A stretch of DNA of 64,000 nt from Camelus ferus (GCF_009834535.1 NC_045696.1:31870001-31934000); one strand, 5' to 3'. Counted from the stretch's first letter, positions 1 through 14,300 are shown. Numbers and translations are program-made. The notes: generated by a model not told the origin, from the letters alone.

Positions 1-199
1 AATCTTAATCATGCTCCGTGAAATCTCATCAATTTCTCCCATAGGGGATCTTAACTAACTGCTTCTAGGAGTGTCTAGAAAAAAGATTTCTTGGACAAAT
101 GAAAGGAAGCACATGGCAGCTGTTCAAGCCTACTGTCTTAGTATGAACAGAGAATCAATAAGCTGGTCTACATAAAGAATCAGTGGCATGGAATAAAAA

Positions 200-1900
200 G
201 ATCAAAATCAAGTAAAAATACTGACCTCTGGGGAAACAGACCATTAAGGAGACTAGAAAAAACATATTTTAAATTCTGCATATTATTTGCAGCACTTTGG
301 ACAATATAAAGCATACATAAAATATTATTATCTTAATAAAGAGGAATAAATATCAGACAACAAGAATAAATACTTGGAATTAAAAATATGATAAAAGTCC
401 CAGAATGAAAGAGCAGAAAGAAGGATGGAAAGGAAGTAATTCATAATTATTAGACATTGATATTTCTAGAAATTGATAGTTACTAGACAACAGTTTCAAA
501 AGCAGAAAAGGGATAAAAGTTTTAGTCTCATAAAATTTCTGAAATCAATGACTAAATAAAGGATCCTAGATACTTCTAAGTGGGAGAAAATAAGCCCACT
601 ACAAAATACTGTCTGATCAACCATCAGAAATATTGATGGAAGAAAACAATAGAAAAATGTCGGTACTTCTGAAGGAAAATTCAGAGTTTAGAAGGCATGC
701 ATACAAATCAGTTTGTGAGGTCAGAATAAAGCCACATTCAAATATTGATGGACTCAAAAAAGTTACCTCTGGTACACCCAACTTTACTTCAGGATATTCT
801 CCAGCAAAGTGAAACAAAAATCAAGAAGTAGAAAGGCACATAATCTTGAAAAACATAGACTGTAGCATATAAAAGCAGTAAAAAATAGATCCCAAATTGA
901 AGGCCTGGGGAACATCCAGCTATTAATGCCTAAAATATCTGACACCTAATAGGTGCTAAAAACATTGGTTAAATTAATGAATAAATAATTATTTATCAGG
1001 ACAATGGAGGGTTCTGTGAGACAAGATCTAGGATGCTTGGCAGTACAGAAAGGTTAACTGACTTGAGGATGTGATAATTAATACACATACACACACACAC
1101 ACACACACAGGCACTCACTCACTCCTAAGCTAAAAACTCAAACCAAATCAAAATGAACAACATAATGTTTAATTCAAATATGTTAAAAAAAAAGGAGCTA
1201 TAACATGTTTTTTTTTTTAGCAAATAATGAGCTTAAAATTGAATACATTTAATTCTAAATGCTAGAAATACTCACTTAGTGACTCAGGTTTAAGGCAATG
1301 TATAGGTGAGAAGGAAATGCAGTCTTAGTGAAATAGCACCAATTTGAACATTATTGAAATAGTCATCATATACTAGCTTTCCAGTGTAATAATCAATAAG
1401 AATATACAAGAAGTCTTTATTTTAGCTGCAAGACAAAGTATAAAGTGAAGGTTAGGCCTGAAATTGTTAGGGATGGTTAAGGAAAGGATATTCTAACATA
1501 TTTTCTTATAAAGTGAAGACAGAAAATATTGTCAAACATATGAAACAAGGCAAAGAAGCTTAATTAATTGAAGTTAAAATCTTTGCAAATGGAAAACTCA
1601 AAATATATATATGAAAGCTGAAAAGAAAAGATGAGGTAAAAGATAAATCAAGACATAAACACATACTATTCCAATTTAATATATCAGCAAGGAACAACAA
1701 GGCATATTTTCAAGAGTTATGCAGGCAATCACCAGAAGAACTAAAATAAGATATCAAATAATTTACTCCATAGGAGTGAGCAGAGGTAGGAAAGGTACGG
1801 TTGAGAGAACACAGCTTTTTCTCATGAGATTCTCTGTACAATTTTATTTTTCACCACAAACACATTTTATTTTGGTGAAAATTCATTTAAACATATATAT
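200..1900 (+). mobile_element. Ancient HAL1 (half-L1)-like relic, highly degraded; boundaries approximate
   Basis: Segment ggactcaaaaaagttacctctggtacacc...ctccagcaaagtgaaacaaaaatcaagaagtagaaagg...aggcctggggaacatccag (about 750-920) resembles the HAL1 ORF1 end and 3' region as I recall it. A-rich sense strand, no intact ORF. Confidence 0.55.
1084..1109. repeat. (CA)n microsatellite
   Basis: Directly visible, one interruption. Confidence 0.95.
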
Positions 1901-4900
1901 GTAAATTATATATATATGAAAAATCTTTGAAATTAACTTATATGTCTTTCAAAAAGTGTTCTATATTAGAACAACTTATTTAACAATATCAATTCATTAA
2001 AATATAAACAATTTCAAAAAGATGAATTAAGAGAAAGTATTTCCCTAGCCTAGTGTGGGTTCTGCATTTCATACCCGGTAGCAGTTACAAATTTGAAAAT
2101 ATATTTAAACCAGACATATATAAATTTTGAACTATGATACAAGGGTTGTATTTTTGTTTGTTTATGCAAGTTTTTTATAAGAATAGAATTTGGATTAATG
2201 TTGACAGCAAATGCTGGGTCAGCAGGAAACAAGACTTCTACATATTTACTTATTTCTCAGTGTTCATTTTGTTAATAAATCAATAGCAAATGTCATTTTT
2301 GTCTTAGGAATAAATATTCTGCAATTTTTAGTACAGGTCTAAACATTCAAAATTATAATTGGAATTATAATAGCTGGCAACATAAATTTAAATGTTGCTG
2401 AAATAATTTGATAATAGTTCTTAAAGCCTTGATTTTTTAATTTGGGAATAATATTTGTACATTATGGATCAAAAATGAAGGTAACATAATGACTGCATAT
2501 CTAATCTAAATCTATGTATAGATAGATATTTTCACACATATAGATAACAATTTTTAAATATACTCAGTTGTACTCCCTTAATTAGTTCAAGAAAAATACT
2601 CCATAAATAAGCTCCTTATTAAATTCCAAGTAATGAAAAGGCAAGTGTGATTATATTACACATACATATATGTTTGTATATATAAGAAATAAATAACTTT
2701 AACAGTCATAAATTTGCATTGCATCTATGGATGATTTACAAAACATGTTTTTCTTCATAGCAAAATAAATCTAAACAATCTAGATTCACATACATCTAAA
2801 TTCAATGCAATTTCACAAATAATCCCACATTTTAAGATTTCTAAAGAAAGAATAAACTTTTGTTAGATATAAATTTCCTTTTTATTTTCATTTACTCAAT
2901 TCTTACAATCTTTAGAAACTTTCAAAGTAGTGTCATGTTAATCTCGTTTTTTAAAAAGCAGTATAAAGGTTATCAACTTTTAATTTCATTAGCTGAGACA
3001 TACATAAGATAAAATCAGATCTACAATATCACCCCCCACCACCACCAAATTACCACCCCAACTACTTATCCAATTTTCTGGTTAACACAGTTTAAGTGAC
3101 AGTTCAAACCTTGGAGTAAAGCTGATTTGATGATATGTACATAGCTGACCTGCATAGCAGTGTTTTTGAATGAGTGAATGAATGAACAAATTATTGTGTG
3201 AATACTATTTCCCTTGGTAAATTCTTTGGCTAAAAACTTCACTTAAGAGGAAAAAAAGTGTTCTTCAATTTCTTTTTAAGCTCACTATGTAGAATTGTTT
3301 AGAGAAAGAAATAATTGATAATCACATTTTAATAAAAATAGACATTTATTTCTTTTTTGTGTCCTTCTTACTCCGATCATACAAGATTTTAGAAACTTTT
3401 TTTTCAATTTTCAATTGAATATTCAGTAATATCTTTATTTCCAAACTCTAGGCTGTGTATATAATCTGATTTAGGGTTTTTTAGTTTGTTTAAACTTGCA
3501 AGTGAATAGAAATATTATTGTTAATAGATACAATTTTAAACTTCTTTAAGGTATTAAGTATTTATATGGTGAATTTGAAGACTAAGAATTTTCTATTTAA
3601 TCATTGCTGAAATTACTTTGTGTCCCAGTTGACACTAGGTTGAAAAATTATCTATGAAGAGAATGACATAAACAGAAGCATTCTTCTCTAAATGAAATAA
3701 TTTTATAAATAGCCAAGAAAAAATAGTGCATTTTCAGTACACTGAGGTTTTTCTTGCTCACCTTTCATATTTCAAAAATATAGTCAAAAAACTTGGAGAA
3801 AATAATCTTATGGTACTCTTACTCATTGCAAAATAGTCCAAGGCTGAGTCAGGATAGGCAGGTCTTAACCTCACTTTCCTAAAGCCTGCAGCAGGGACAG
3901 ACAAAAATTGTTAGAGTTGTGCAGCAAAAAATTCCTACAAAATATACTTTTATGGGTAAAATACCCTGGTCTACCCTTCCAACAACTATTCAAGTAGAAT
4001 ATCCTAGTCTACCAGTCCAGCAACTGTTCCATGTTTGTCATCTTTGTATGTGCATCTTAGGAACTTCCAAAGAACTCTTCTAAGATATTTGAAAGATACC
4101 TTACAAAGAGATGCATGGAGGTATCTGGCTGGCCTTTGTCTCAAGAACAGTTCCAGGATAATAGTTTCAAAAGAAATGTTATTATTATTTTTAACTGAGC
4201 AATCAAATGTGTACATGTAGAATATAAGAGGCATTACCCTCTCCTCTCATAATTAAAGCAAAAGGAATGCACTCCCATTAAAATAAAAAAGTAAAACTAA
4301 AGACAGGGAACAACTTGTCCATCATGAAAGCAGCTGGCATGCTAAAACTGTAAAAGCTCCAGCTGGCAGCTCACACTACTACCAACTAGCCAACTCTTCA
4401 CATGGGAAAAGTGCTATATGATTTTATGTGAGAAAGCAACAAAACAGATATTTGTGAATAAATATTGGCTTGACAGGAAGTCAGACAAACTACATTTTTG
4501 ACTCAAAGACATGTACTTAAGCACAAGGTGCCAAACAGAATGTCTATTTAAAGAGGGAAAAAAAATAGAGAGAAAATCTGTATCACAGTGAAACTGAAAC
4601 AGATGGTGTAAATGGTCCTTTGTTAGCCTTAAAAATTTTAAATAAAAATACCCTAAATTGGAGTTAAAAATAAAAGAAGTCTTTCTATCATAGAAATAAC
4701 TTCCAACATAACACTTACAACTTCTGGAATTTTTTTGCTTCCTTTCTAGTCCCCTAAAAAACATATTTCTGACTTCATGTATTCAACCCAAACATAACTC
4801 ATGTAAGTAAACTATTTAATTATAGAAGTCTCAGAAATCTGATAAATATTTATTGGTTCTAGGATAAGCCCTTAGTAAATGCAGAGTATATAAATGCATC

Positions 4901-5369
4901 CTGGTAGGAGGTAAAGAATTTTTTAAATGATGCCTTCTTACTTTAAAAACAATTTTAAAGGTAAGGCACTGATCCTCCAGAAGGCCCTCTGAAGTACAAA
5001 TATATTACATTAATTCTTTATCATTCTTTAATACTCTAGTATGTGTTTTTGTATCACACTGGCTAGCCATGTACTCAAAATACATGTATTTATTTGTTGA
5101 AGGAATGAGATACCATAGAAGTAACTTTGAATGTGGTAAATAACAATTAAAAAATTATAAAACTATCAAGTGGTTATGTCAAGAACAAACAAGTCAAATC
5201 ACTCCAGAGATGAAATTCATAGAGGGAAGTATTTGATACTATGAATGCTAAATATTTGGATTTGTATCAGGCTGTTCAGTGGTTTATCTTTCATTGCACT
5301 GTCCTTTGCATGGTAACTTTTCTTAACATACTTACCGCTATAGTTTGAACTTAGAAAATGCAGTTTGAT

Positions 5370-5640
5370 ATATAACTTCCACTTTCAATGCAGAAAGGAA
5401 GAAGAAGAGGCAGTGCTCAGAAACATGTTTCTTTTTATTGGGAAACAAAACCAGTCCTAACTCTTTTTTTTTTTTTTTTTCAAAAGATATGCCTTTACAT
5501 TTCATTTTTCAGAAATGTATCATGTAGCACCCCTGCTTGCAAAGGACCCTGAGATAGAGAGTATTAATCTCTACAGTCTCTGCAGGAGGAGGAAGGAAAG
5601 TGGAGATCAGGAAAGGGTGATGATTAACCATTATCCTAGA
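5370..5640 (-). mobile_element. Old MLT1 (ERVL-MaLR) LTR fragment
   Basis: cagaaatgtatcatgtagcacccctgcttgcaaaggaccctgaga resembles the MLT1I/J/K/L motif ccagaactgtgtcacatggccacccctagctgcaagggaggctggga. Confidence 0.55.
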
Positions 5641-5879
5641 TCATCTACTAGAAAACACAAACTTAAGTATGATTCTAAATGCAAACTTTCAGAGTGAAAT
5701 TTCCCCATGACGAGGCATTGCTCTGTCAACTGGGCAGCAAAGTTACATGTTTTAAAAAATGAATGCCTTAGATAATTTCTAATCTGAACTTTTTATAAAG
5801 AAACTGATATCCCCAAGTTGACAAACTTAGGAATGTAGAATTCAGAACATCTAACTACCAGTTCTGATGTTCCAATACA

Positions 5880-6253
5880 TGGTGTGGTATCTCAGAGAAA
5901 CCGAAGTGAGAAAGATGTTGCAAAGGAGAAAAGAATACACCTCACAGTCCTCCAAATAGGGAGAGCACAGGCTGATCTCACCCAGTGACTAAATGCAGTG
6001 AAGAGAGTAAGCATGCCTGTTACTGAGAGACTTAATTCTTTGATGGCTGACCTTGGCTCATGGACTCCAGATGGCCCTGTTGAACCTTCTTCAAATTGTA
6101 CAGCGATCTAGAATGTTTCCGTTGAGTCTTCTCACTTTCTATCCTTTATTTAGGATAGACTTGCAGCATAATCTGATGGTTCTCCCCAACTTTTCAGGCT
6201 CCCTCCTAATACCTTATCACATAGGTATTTGCCAAAATAGAGTGGTTGCACAT
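5880..6253 (+). mobile_element. LTR16-family (ERVL) solo LTR, 5' part; continues at 15134-15190
   Basis: ggctgaccttggctcatggactcc...aaccttcttcaaattgtacagcgatctaga...caggctccctcc...ttgcacat matches LTR16 U3/R and is interrupted at ttgcacat by an L1 tail. Confidence 0.75.
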
Positions 6254-6648
6254 GCTTTTTTATTGAAGTAGAGTTGATTTACAATGTTGTATATATATCC
6301 TTTTTCAGATTATTTTTCATTATAGTTTATTAAAAGATATTGAATATAGTTCCCTGTTATACAATAGTTGTTTATCTATTTTACATATAGTAGTGTGTAG
6401 TCCAAACTCCTAATTTACCCCTCCCCACCCCTTTCCCCTTTGGTATTGTGTTTGTTTTATATATCTGTGAGTTTGTTTCTGTTTTGTAAATAAGTTTATT
6501 TGTATCATTTTTTAGATTCCACATATAAATGATATCATGTGATATATGTCTTTGTCTGACTCACTTCACTAAATATAATCTCTAGCTTCACCTATGTTGC
6601 TGCAAATGGCATTATTTTATTGTTTTCCATGGCTGAGTAATTTTACAT

Positions 6649-6701
6649 TGTGTGTGTGTGTGTGTGTGTGTGTACCTGTGTGTGTGCGTATATATATATA
6701 T
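6649..6701. repeat. (TG)n/(TA)n microsatellite inside the L1 3' region
   Basis: Directly visible. Confidence 0.9.
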
Positions 6702-7653
6702 GTCACATCTTCTTATCCATTCATTTGTCCCTGGACATTTAGGTTTCTTCCATGTCTTGGTTATTGTGATTTATTATTTATAAACTTTTTGATGATAGAC
6801 ATTTCTGATTGGTGTGAGGTCATTGTGGTTTTGATTTGGATTTCTCTAATAATTAGGGATGTTGAGCATCTTTTCATATGACTGTTGGCCATCTGTAAGT
6901 CTTCTTTGGAGAAATACTTATTTAGGTCTTCTGCCCATTTGTTAATTTTTTGGGGGGGTGGGTATTGAGTTGTATGAGCAATCTGTGTATATTGGAAATT
7001 AAGCTCTTGTCAGTCATATTGTTTGCAAATATTTTTTCCCAGTCAATAGGTTGTCTTTTCACTATCTTTATGATTTCCTTTGCTGTACAAAACCTTATAA
7101 GTTTGATTAGGTCTCATTTATTTATCTTTGCTCATATTTCTTTTGTCTTGGGAGACTGATTTCAAAATAATCACTGCAATTTATGTCCAAGAATATTTCC
7201 CTATGTTCTTTTCTAGGAGTTTTATGATGTCAAGTCTTATATTTAAGTCTGTAAGTCATTTTGAATTTATTTTTGTGTATGTTGTAAGGGGTGTACTAAC
7301 TTAATTGATTTACATGAGCCTGTCCAGTTTTCAGCTTTCCACTTGCTGAAGAGACTGTCTTTTCTGCATTGTACAGTCTTGCTTCCTTTGTCGAAGATTA
7401 ATTGACTGTAGGTGTGTGGCTTTATTTCTGTGCTCTCTGTTCTGTTCCATTGATCTATGTGTCTGTTTTTGTGCCAGTACCACACTGTTTTGATTACTGT
7501 AGTATTGTACTATTGTCTAAAGTCTGAAAGTGTTATGCCTCCAGCTTTGTTCTTTTTCCTCAGAATTGCGTTGGCAATCCTGGGCCTTTTGTAGTTCCAG
7601 ATAAATTTTAGGGCTATTGGTTCTAGCTCTGTTTAAAATGTCATGGGTAATTT

Positions 7654-10267
7654 TTTTTTTTTTAGTTTTTTTTTAACATTTTTATTGATTTATAATCATT
7701 TTACAATGTTGTATCAAATTCCAGTGTAGAGCACAATTCTTCAGTTATACATGAACATATATATATTCATTGTCACATTTTTTTCTCCGTGAGCTACCAT
7801 AAGATCTTGTATATATTTCCCTGTGCTATACAGTATAATTTTGTTTATCTATTCTACAATTTTGAAATCCCAGTCTATCCCTTCCCACTCTCTGCCCCCT
7901 TGGCAACCACAAGTTTGTATTCTATGTCTGTGAGTCTATTTCTGTTCTGTATTTATGCTTTGTTTGTGGGTTTTTTTTTTTTGTTTTTTTTTTTAGATTC
8001 CACATATGAGCAATCTCATATGGTATTTTTCTTTTTCTTTCTGGTTTACTTCACTTAGAATGACATTCTCCAGGAGCATCCATGTTGCTGCAAATGGCAC
8101 TATGTTGTCAGATTTTATGGCTGAGTAGTATTCCATTGTATAAATATACCACTTCTTTATCCAGTCATCCACTGATGGACATTTAGGCTGTTTCCATGTC
8201 TTGGCTATTGTAAATAGTGCTGCTATGAACATTGGGGTGCAGGTGTCATCCTGAAGTAGGGTTCCTTCTGGATATATGCCCAGGAGCGGGATTCCTGGGT
8301 CATACTGTAATTCTATTCCTAGTATTTTAAGGAATCTCCATACTGTTTTCCACAGTGGCTGCACCAAACTGCATTCCCACCAGCAGTGTAGGAGGGTTCC
8401 CCTTTCTCCACAGCCTCTCCAGCATGTGTCATTTGTGGATTTTTGAATGATGGCCATTCTGACTGGTGTGAGGTGATACCTCATTGTAGTTTTGATTTGC
8501 ATTTCTCTGATAATTAGTGATATTGAGCATTTTTTCACGTGCCTTTTGATCATTTGTATGTCTTCCTTGGAGAATTGCTTGTTTAGGTCTTCTGCCCATT
8601 TTTCGATTGGGTTGTTTGGTTGTTTGGTTGTTTCTTATTAAGTCGTATGAGCTGCTTATATTTTCTGGAGATCAAGCCTTTGTCGGTTTCATTTGCAAAA
8701 ATGTTCTCCCATTCCGTAGGTTGTCTTTTTGTTTTACTTATGGTTTCCTTTGCTGTGCAGAAGCTTGTAAGTTTCATTCGGTCCCATTTGTTTATTCTTG
8801 CTTTTATTTCTATTGCTTGAATAGACTGTTCTAGGAGAACATTTTTGAGATGTATGTCAGATAATGTTTTGCCTATATTTTCTTCTAGGAGGCTTACTGT
8901 ATCTTGTCTTATGTTTAAGTCTTTGATCCATTTTGAGTTGATTTTTGTGTATGGTGTAAGGGAGTGTTCTAGCTTCACTGCTTTACATGCTGCTGTCCAG
9001 TTTTCCCAACACCATTTGCTGAAAAGACTTTTTATTCCATTGTATATTCTTGCCTCCTTTGTCGAAGATTAGTTGACCAAAAGTTTGTGGGTTCATTTCT
9101 GGGCTCTCTGTTCTGTTCCATTGGTCTATATGTCTGTTTTTGTACCAATACCATGCTGTCTTGGTGACTGTAGCTCTATAGTATTGTCTGAAGTCTGGGA
9201 GAGTTATTCCTCCAGCCTCTTTCTTTCTCTTCAGTAATGCTTTGGCAATTCTAGGTCTTTGATGGTTCCATATAAATTGTATTATGATTTGTTCTTGTTC
9301 TGTGAAATACGTCCTCGGTAATTTGATAGAGATTGCATTAAATCTGTAGATTGCCTTGGGCAGTGTGACCATTTTAACAATATTGATTCTTCCAGTCCAA
9401 GAGCATGGGATATCTTTCCATTTTTTAAAGTCTTCTTTAATTTCCTTTATCATTGTCTTATAGTTTTCTGTGTATAATTCTTTCACCTCCTTGGTTAGAT
9501 TTATTCCTAGATATTTTATTACTTTGGGTGCTATTTTAAAGGGGATTGTTTCTTTACTTTCTTTTTCTGTTGATTCATTGTTAGTGTAAAGAAATGTAAG
9601 TGATTTTTGAACGTTAATCTTGTAACCTGCTACCTTGCTGAATTCTTTGATCAGCTCTAGTAGTTTTTGTGTGGACCTTTTAGGGTTTTCTATATATAGT
9701 AACATGTCATCAGCATGTAGAGACACTTTTACCTCTTCTTTTCCAATTTGGATCCCTTTTATTTCTCTTTCTTGCCAGATTGCTGTGGCTAGGACTTCCA
9801 AGACTATGTTGAATAGGAATGGTGATGGTGGACATCCTTGTCTTGTCCCAGATTTTAGTGGGAAGCTTTTGAGTTTTTCACCGTTGAGTACTATGCTGGC
9901 TGTAGGTTTGTCATATATAGCTTTTATTATGTTGAGATATGTTCCCTCTATACCCACTTTGGTGAGAGTTTTTATCATAAATTGGTGTTGAATTTTATCA
10001 AATGTTTTTTCTGCATCTATTGAGATGATCATGTGGTTTTTGTCCTTTCTCTTGTTGATGTGATGTATTACATTGATTGATTTGCATATGTTGAACCACC
10101 CTTGTGTCCATGGGATGAACCCCACTTGGTCATGATGTATAATCTTTTTTATGTGTTGTTGGATTCTATCTGCTAATATTTTGGTGAGGATTTTGGCATC
10201 TATGTTCATCAGTGATATTGGCCTATAATTCTCTTTTTTTGGTAGTGTCTTTGCCTGGTTTTGGTAT
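7654..10267 (-). mobile_element. Young 5'-truncated LINE-1 (about 2.6 kb, RT domain to poly-A) nested in copy A
   Basis: Perfect 15-bp TSD tgtcatgggtaattt at 7639-7653 and 10268-10282, poly-T tail, long ORF2 reading frames. Confidence 0.97.
7993..10267 (-). pseudogene. L1 ORF2p C-terminal half (reverse transcriptase plus C-terminal Cys-rich domain), 5'-truncated and frameshifted into three ORFs (8983-10209, 8583-8978, 7993-8553)
   Basis: Motifs [65 protein letters not shown]. Confidence 0.95.
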
Positions 10268-11339
10268 TGTCATGGGTAATTTGATAGGAACTGCATTAAA
10301 TCTGTAGATTGCTTTGGGAAGTATGGCCATTTTACCAGTAAATTCTTCCAATTCAAGAGCTGCAGATATCTTTCCATTTTTTTGTATCATCTTCGATTCC
10401 TTTATTAATGTTTTATTGTTCACAGCTTACAGTTCTTTCACATCCTTGGTGAGATTTACTCCTAGGTATTTTACATTTTTGATGCAATTTTAAACTTCTT
10501 TTAACTTCCTCTTTTATATTTCATTGTTACTGCAAAGAAATGCCACAGATTATATCCTGCTACTTTGCTGAACTCATTTATTAGTTCTACTAGTTATTGT
10601 GTGAAGTCTTTAGGGTTTCTGTATATAGTATCATGTCATCTGTGAACACTGACAATTTTTTTCTTCTCTTCCAACTTGGATACCTTCTATTTATTTTTCT
10701 TGTTTGATGCATTGCCTAGGACTTTCAGTTTATGTTGAATAGAAGTGGTAAGCATGGGCATACTTGTCTTGTGCCAGAATTTAGTGGAAAGGCTTTTAGT
10801 TTTTCACCACTTAGTATTATAATGGCTTTGGGTTTTTCATACATGGCTTTTATTATGTTGGGATATGTTCCCTCTATATCCACCTTGGTAAAAGATTTTA
10901 TCATGAATGGATCTTGAATTTTATCCAATGCTTATTCTCTATCTATTGAAATAATCGTGTGGTTTGTGGTCTTTTCTTTCTTGGATGTGTTGTCATCACA
11001 TTGATTGATTTGTTTATGTTGAATTGTCCTTGGGACCCAGGAATGAATCAATCTTGATCATGGTGTATGATCCTTCTTAAGGGTAGTTGGATTCAATTTG
11101 CTAGCATTTTGTTGAGAATTTTTGCATCTATATTCATCAAAGATACTGGCCTATAATTTTCTTTTTTGATGGTGTCTCTGGTTTTGGTATCAGGGTGATG
11201 ATGGATTTCTAAAATGAATTTAGTAGTGTTTCTTCTTTTTCAATTTTTTGGAAGACTTTGAGAAGGAAAGGTATTAGTTCTTTCTATGGTAGAATTCCGC
11301 AGTAAAGTCACCCAGTCCTGGACTTCTGTTTGCAGGGAG

Positions 11340-11342
11340 TGT

Positions 11343-11376
<34 letters not shown>

Positions 11377-11382
11377 GTTGTT
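11340..11382. repeat. (GTT)n trinucleotide repeat within L1 copy A ORF2
   Basis: Directly visible, one gtc interruption. Confidence 0.95.
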
Positions 11383-14300
11383 ACAGCATTCTTTCACTTC
11401 TAGTGATCAGTCTGTTTCAAATTATCAATTATCTGTTTATTCTTGATTCAGTTTTGGCAGGCTGTGTGTTTCTAGAAACTTGTCCATTTCTTCTAGGTTA
11501 TCTAATTTGTTGGCATACAACTGTTTATAGTAAGTTCCTATGATTTTTTGTATTTCTGCAGTATCAGTTGTTATTTCTCCTTTTATTTCTTATTTTCTTT
11601 ATTTGGGTCAGCTCTCTTTTCTCCTTGGAGAGTGTAGCTAGAGGTTTTTTGATTTTTGTTTATCCTTTCAAAAAAACCATCTCTTGGTTTTATTTATTTT
11701 TTCTCAGTTCTTTTCTTATCTCTATTTATTTTCTCTCTCATCTTTATTATTTGCTTCCTTCTGCTGACTTCAGGTTTTGTTTGTTCTTATTCTGATTATT
11801 TCAGATGGTGCCTTAGATTGTTTATTTGAAATTTTTCTTGTTGTTTGAGAAAGGCCTGTATTAGTGTGAACTTCCCTCTTAGGACTGCTTTTGCTTCATC
11901 ACATAAACTTTGCGTGGCTCTGTTTTTATTGTTGTTTGTCTCAGGATACTTCTTGGTTTGCTCTTTGATTTCATTTTTGTTGACCCATTAGTTTTTAGCA
12001 GCATGTTGTTTAGTCTCCACATAATCATTTTTTTTTCCTCATTTTTATTTCTGTGGTCGATTTCTAGTTTCATTCTGTTGTGGTCAGAGAAGATGCTTGA
12101 GAAATATCTATCCTCATAAATTTGTTGAGGCTTGTTTTGTGCCCTAGTATGAATATTACTACACCTGTTTTCTTATTCTTTGTAATTGCAGGAAATATCT
12201 TTTTCCAACCCCTCACTTTCAATCTATGCCTATCTTTTGTCTTAAAGTGGGTCTCTTGTAGGCAGCATATTGTAGGGTTTCTTTTTTTTAATTATCTAAT
12301 CTGACACTCTCTGTCTTTTGATTGGAGCATTTAGTCCATTAACATTTAAAGTAATTTTTTATAAGTATGTATTTATTGCCATTTTAAACCTTGTTTCCAG
12401 TTGATTTTGTATTTCTTCTTTGTACCTTTCTTCTTTTTGTTTTCCCTTTGTGGTTTGATGGTTTTCTTTTGTATATGCTTCAGTTCCTTTTTTTGTTTTC
12501 GTTTTGTTTTTTTGTGAGTCTATTGTATGTTTTTCACTTGTGATTAACCTGGTTTTCAAGTATGTTTATCCATGACTATATCTACTTGCTTTAAATTGAT
12601 AGTCATGTTAAGCTCAAACACATTCTGAAAGATCTGTATTTTCTTACTCCACTCCCCCACATTTTGTGATTTTGATATCCTGTTTTCTATTTCATGTTTA
12701 TCCTTTTGCTGTGAAAGACCTTTCAGTATTTCTCTTAGAATAGGTTTGGTATTGCTGTATTCTTTTAGTTTTCGTTTGTCTGAGAAATTCTTTATCTCTC
12801 CTTCTATTCTAAATGATAATCATGGTGTGTAGAGTATCCCAGGTTGCATGCTTTTGCCTTTTAGGACTTTGAATATATCTCTCCACTGCCTTTTTGCCTG
12901 CAGGGTTTCTGTAGAGAAGTCAGCTGATAGCCTTATGGGGGTTCCCTTATAACTGAATCTGTTTTTTTCTTGCTGCCTTTAGAATTGTCTCTTTGTCTTT
13001 AACTTTTGCCATTATAATTATGATATATCTTGATGTGTATCTGTTTGTGTTTATCTTATTTGGGACCCTATGTACTTCCTATATCTGAATATGTGTTTCT
13101 TTATTTAGGTTTTAAAGTTCTTAGTCATATTTTCTTTACATACATTTCTGTTCCCCTTTTCTCTTCTCTTTCTGAGATCCCCATCATGCACAGATTGGGT
13201 TACTTTATGTTATCCCATAGACCTCATATATTGCTTTCATTTTTTTTTCATTTGTCTTTTTGTCTGCTGTATTGTTTGAGTCATCTCCATTAATGTGTCT
13301 TCCAGATCACTAATTCATTCTCCCGCATTATTCAGTTTTCTTTTTATGACCTTTAACTAAATTTTCATCTGGGCAAATTAGTTTTCTAATTTTGATTGAC
13401 TCCTCTTTATAGTTTCTAGTTTCTCATTACAGTTGTCTATGTTTATATTCATAGCCTTTCTTAATTCCTTCAGTATTTTTATTAGCTCCTTTTTGAACTT
13501 GGGGTCTAGTCTACGGAGAGATACGTTTCACTGTTTGTTCTTTCAGGAGAATTCTCTTGTTCTTTTAATTGGGAGGAGGTCATCGGCTTCTTCATTTTAT
13601 TTATACTTGTCTGACTCTATTAATTTAGGAGAAATAGTTATCTACTGTGATATTGATTATTATGTGGGAGCACCCTGATGTAGCCTGCGTGAGTCTAATA
13701 TTTTTGATGTGAGGGCTGTATTTGGTATGAATGCCTGCCATGTCTTTCCTCAGTGTGTGCTGACCATTATTCCCTTAATGGAGAGTGCGTTTGATGTTGT
13801 GGTGACCCAAGCCTGCCCTGAATGTTGGGCAGGGTCTCCTCTTTGCTCTATTTGTCACTGCCCAGGCAGGAGCAGAGTCTGCTCCCCAGTTGTTGGGGTA
13901 GAAGCCCCTGGGTCTGGTTCCAAGCTGTGGTATGAGGTAAATGAGTCTGAAGTGTTCCTGCTGGGAGAGGAGCTACTGAGTTTTCCTACACATGAATTGT
14001 TCACCAAGAAGTGACTTCTGTCACCCATTGTGCATGCTCACAAAGTACACTGTTGTTGCTGCTTCCCTGGGCCTGCCTCAACTGTGGGAATGCTGGCAAT
14101 CTACGAGTATGCCCCTTAGGCTTTTTGCTTACAAAGGTGCCGTTGCAGATCTGTTGTAGTTTGGTACCTGGACCCACTGAAGCTGAGCACCTGGATCTGC
14201 TGTGGGAGCTGCAGATATCAGTCTAGCCTCCAGCCCTGCCTACAGATACATGTGCCCACAAAGCTTTTTGCTACTAACATTAGACCCAGCCCAGCTGTGG

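Noticed and set aside
4004..4764. Short ORFs of 60-116 aa outside repeats, here and elsewhere in the window
   Set aside because: No recognisable domains or exon structure, and the lengths are expected by chance.
8983..10209. 408-aa ORF as an active or domesticated reverse transcriptase gene
   Set aside because: It is a 5'-truncated L1 ORF2 with no promoter or endonuclease domain and downstream frameshifts.
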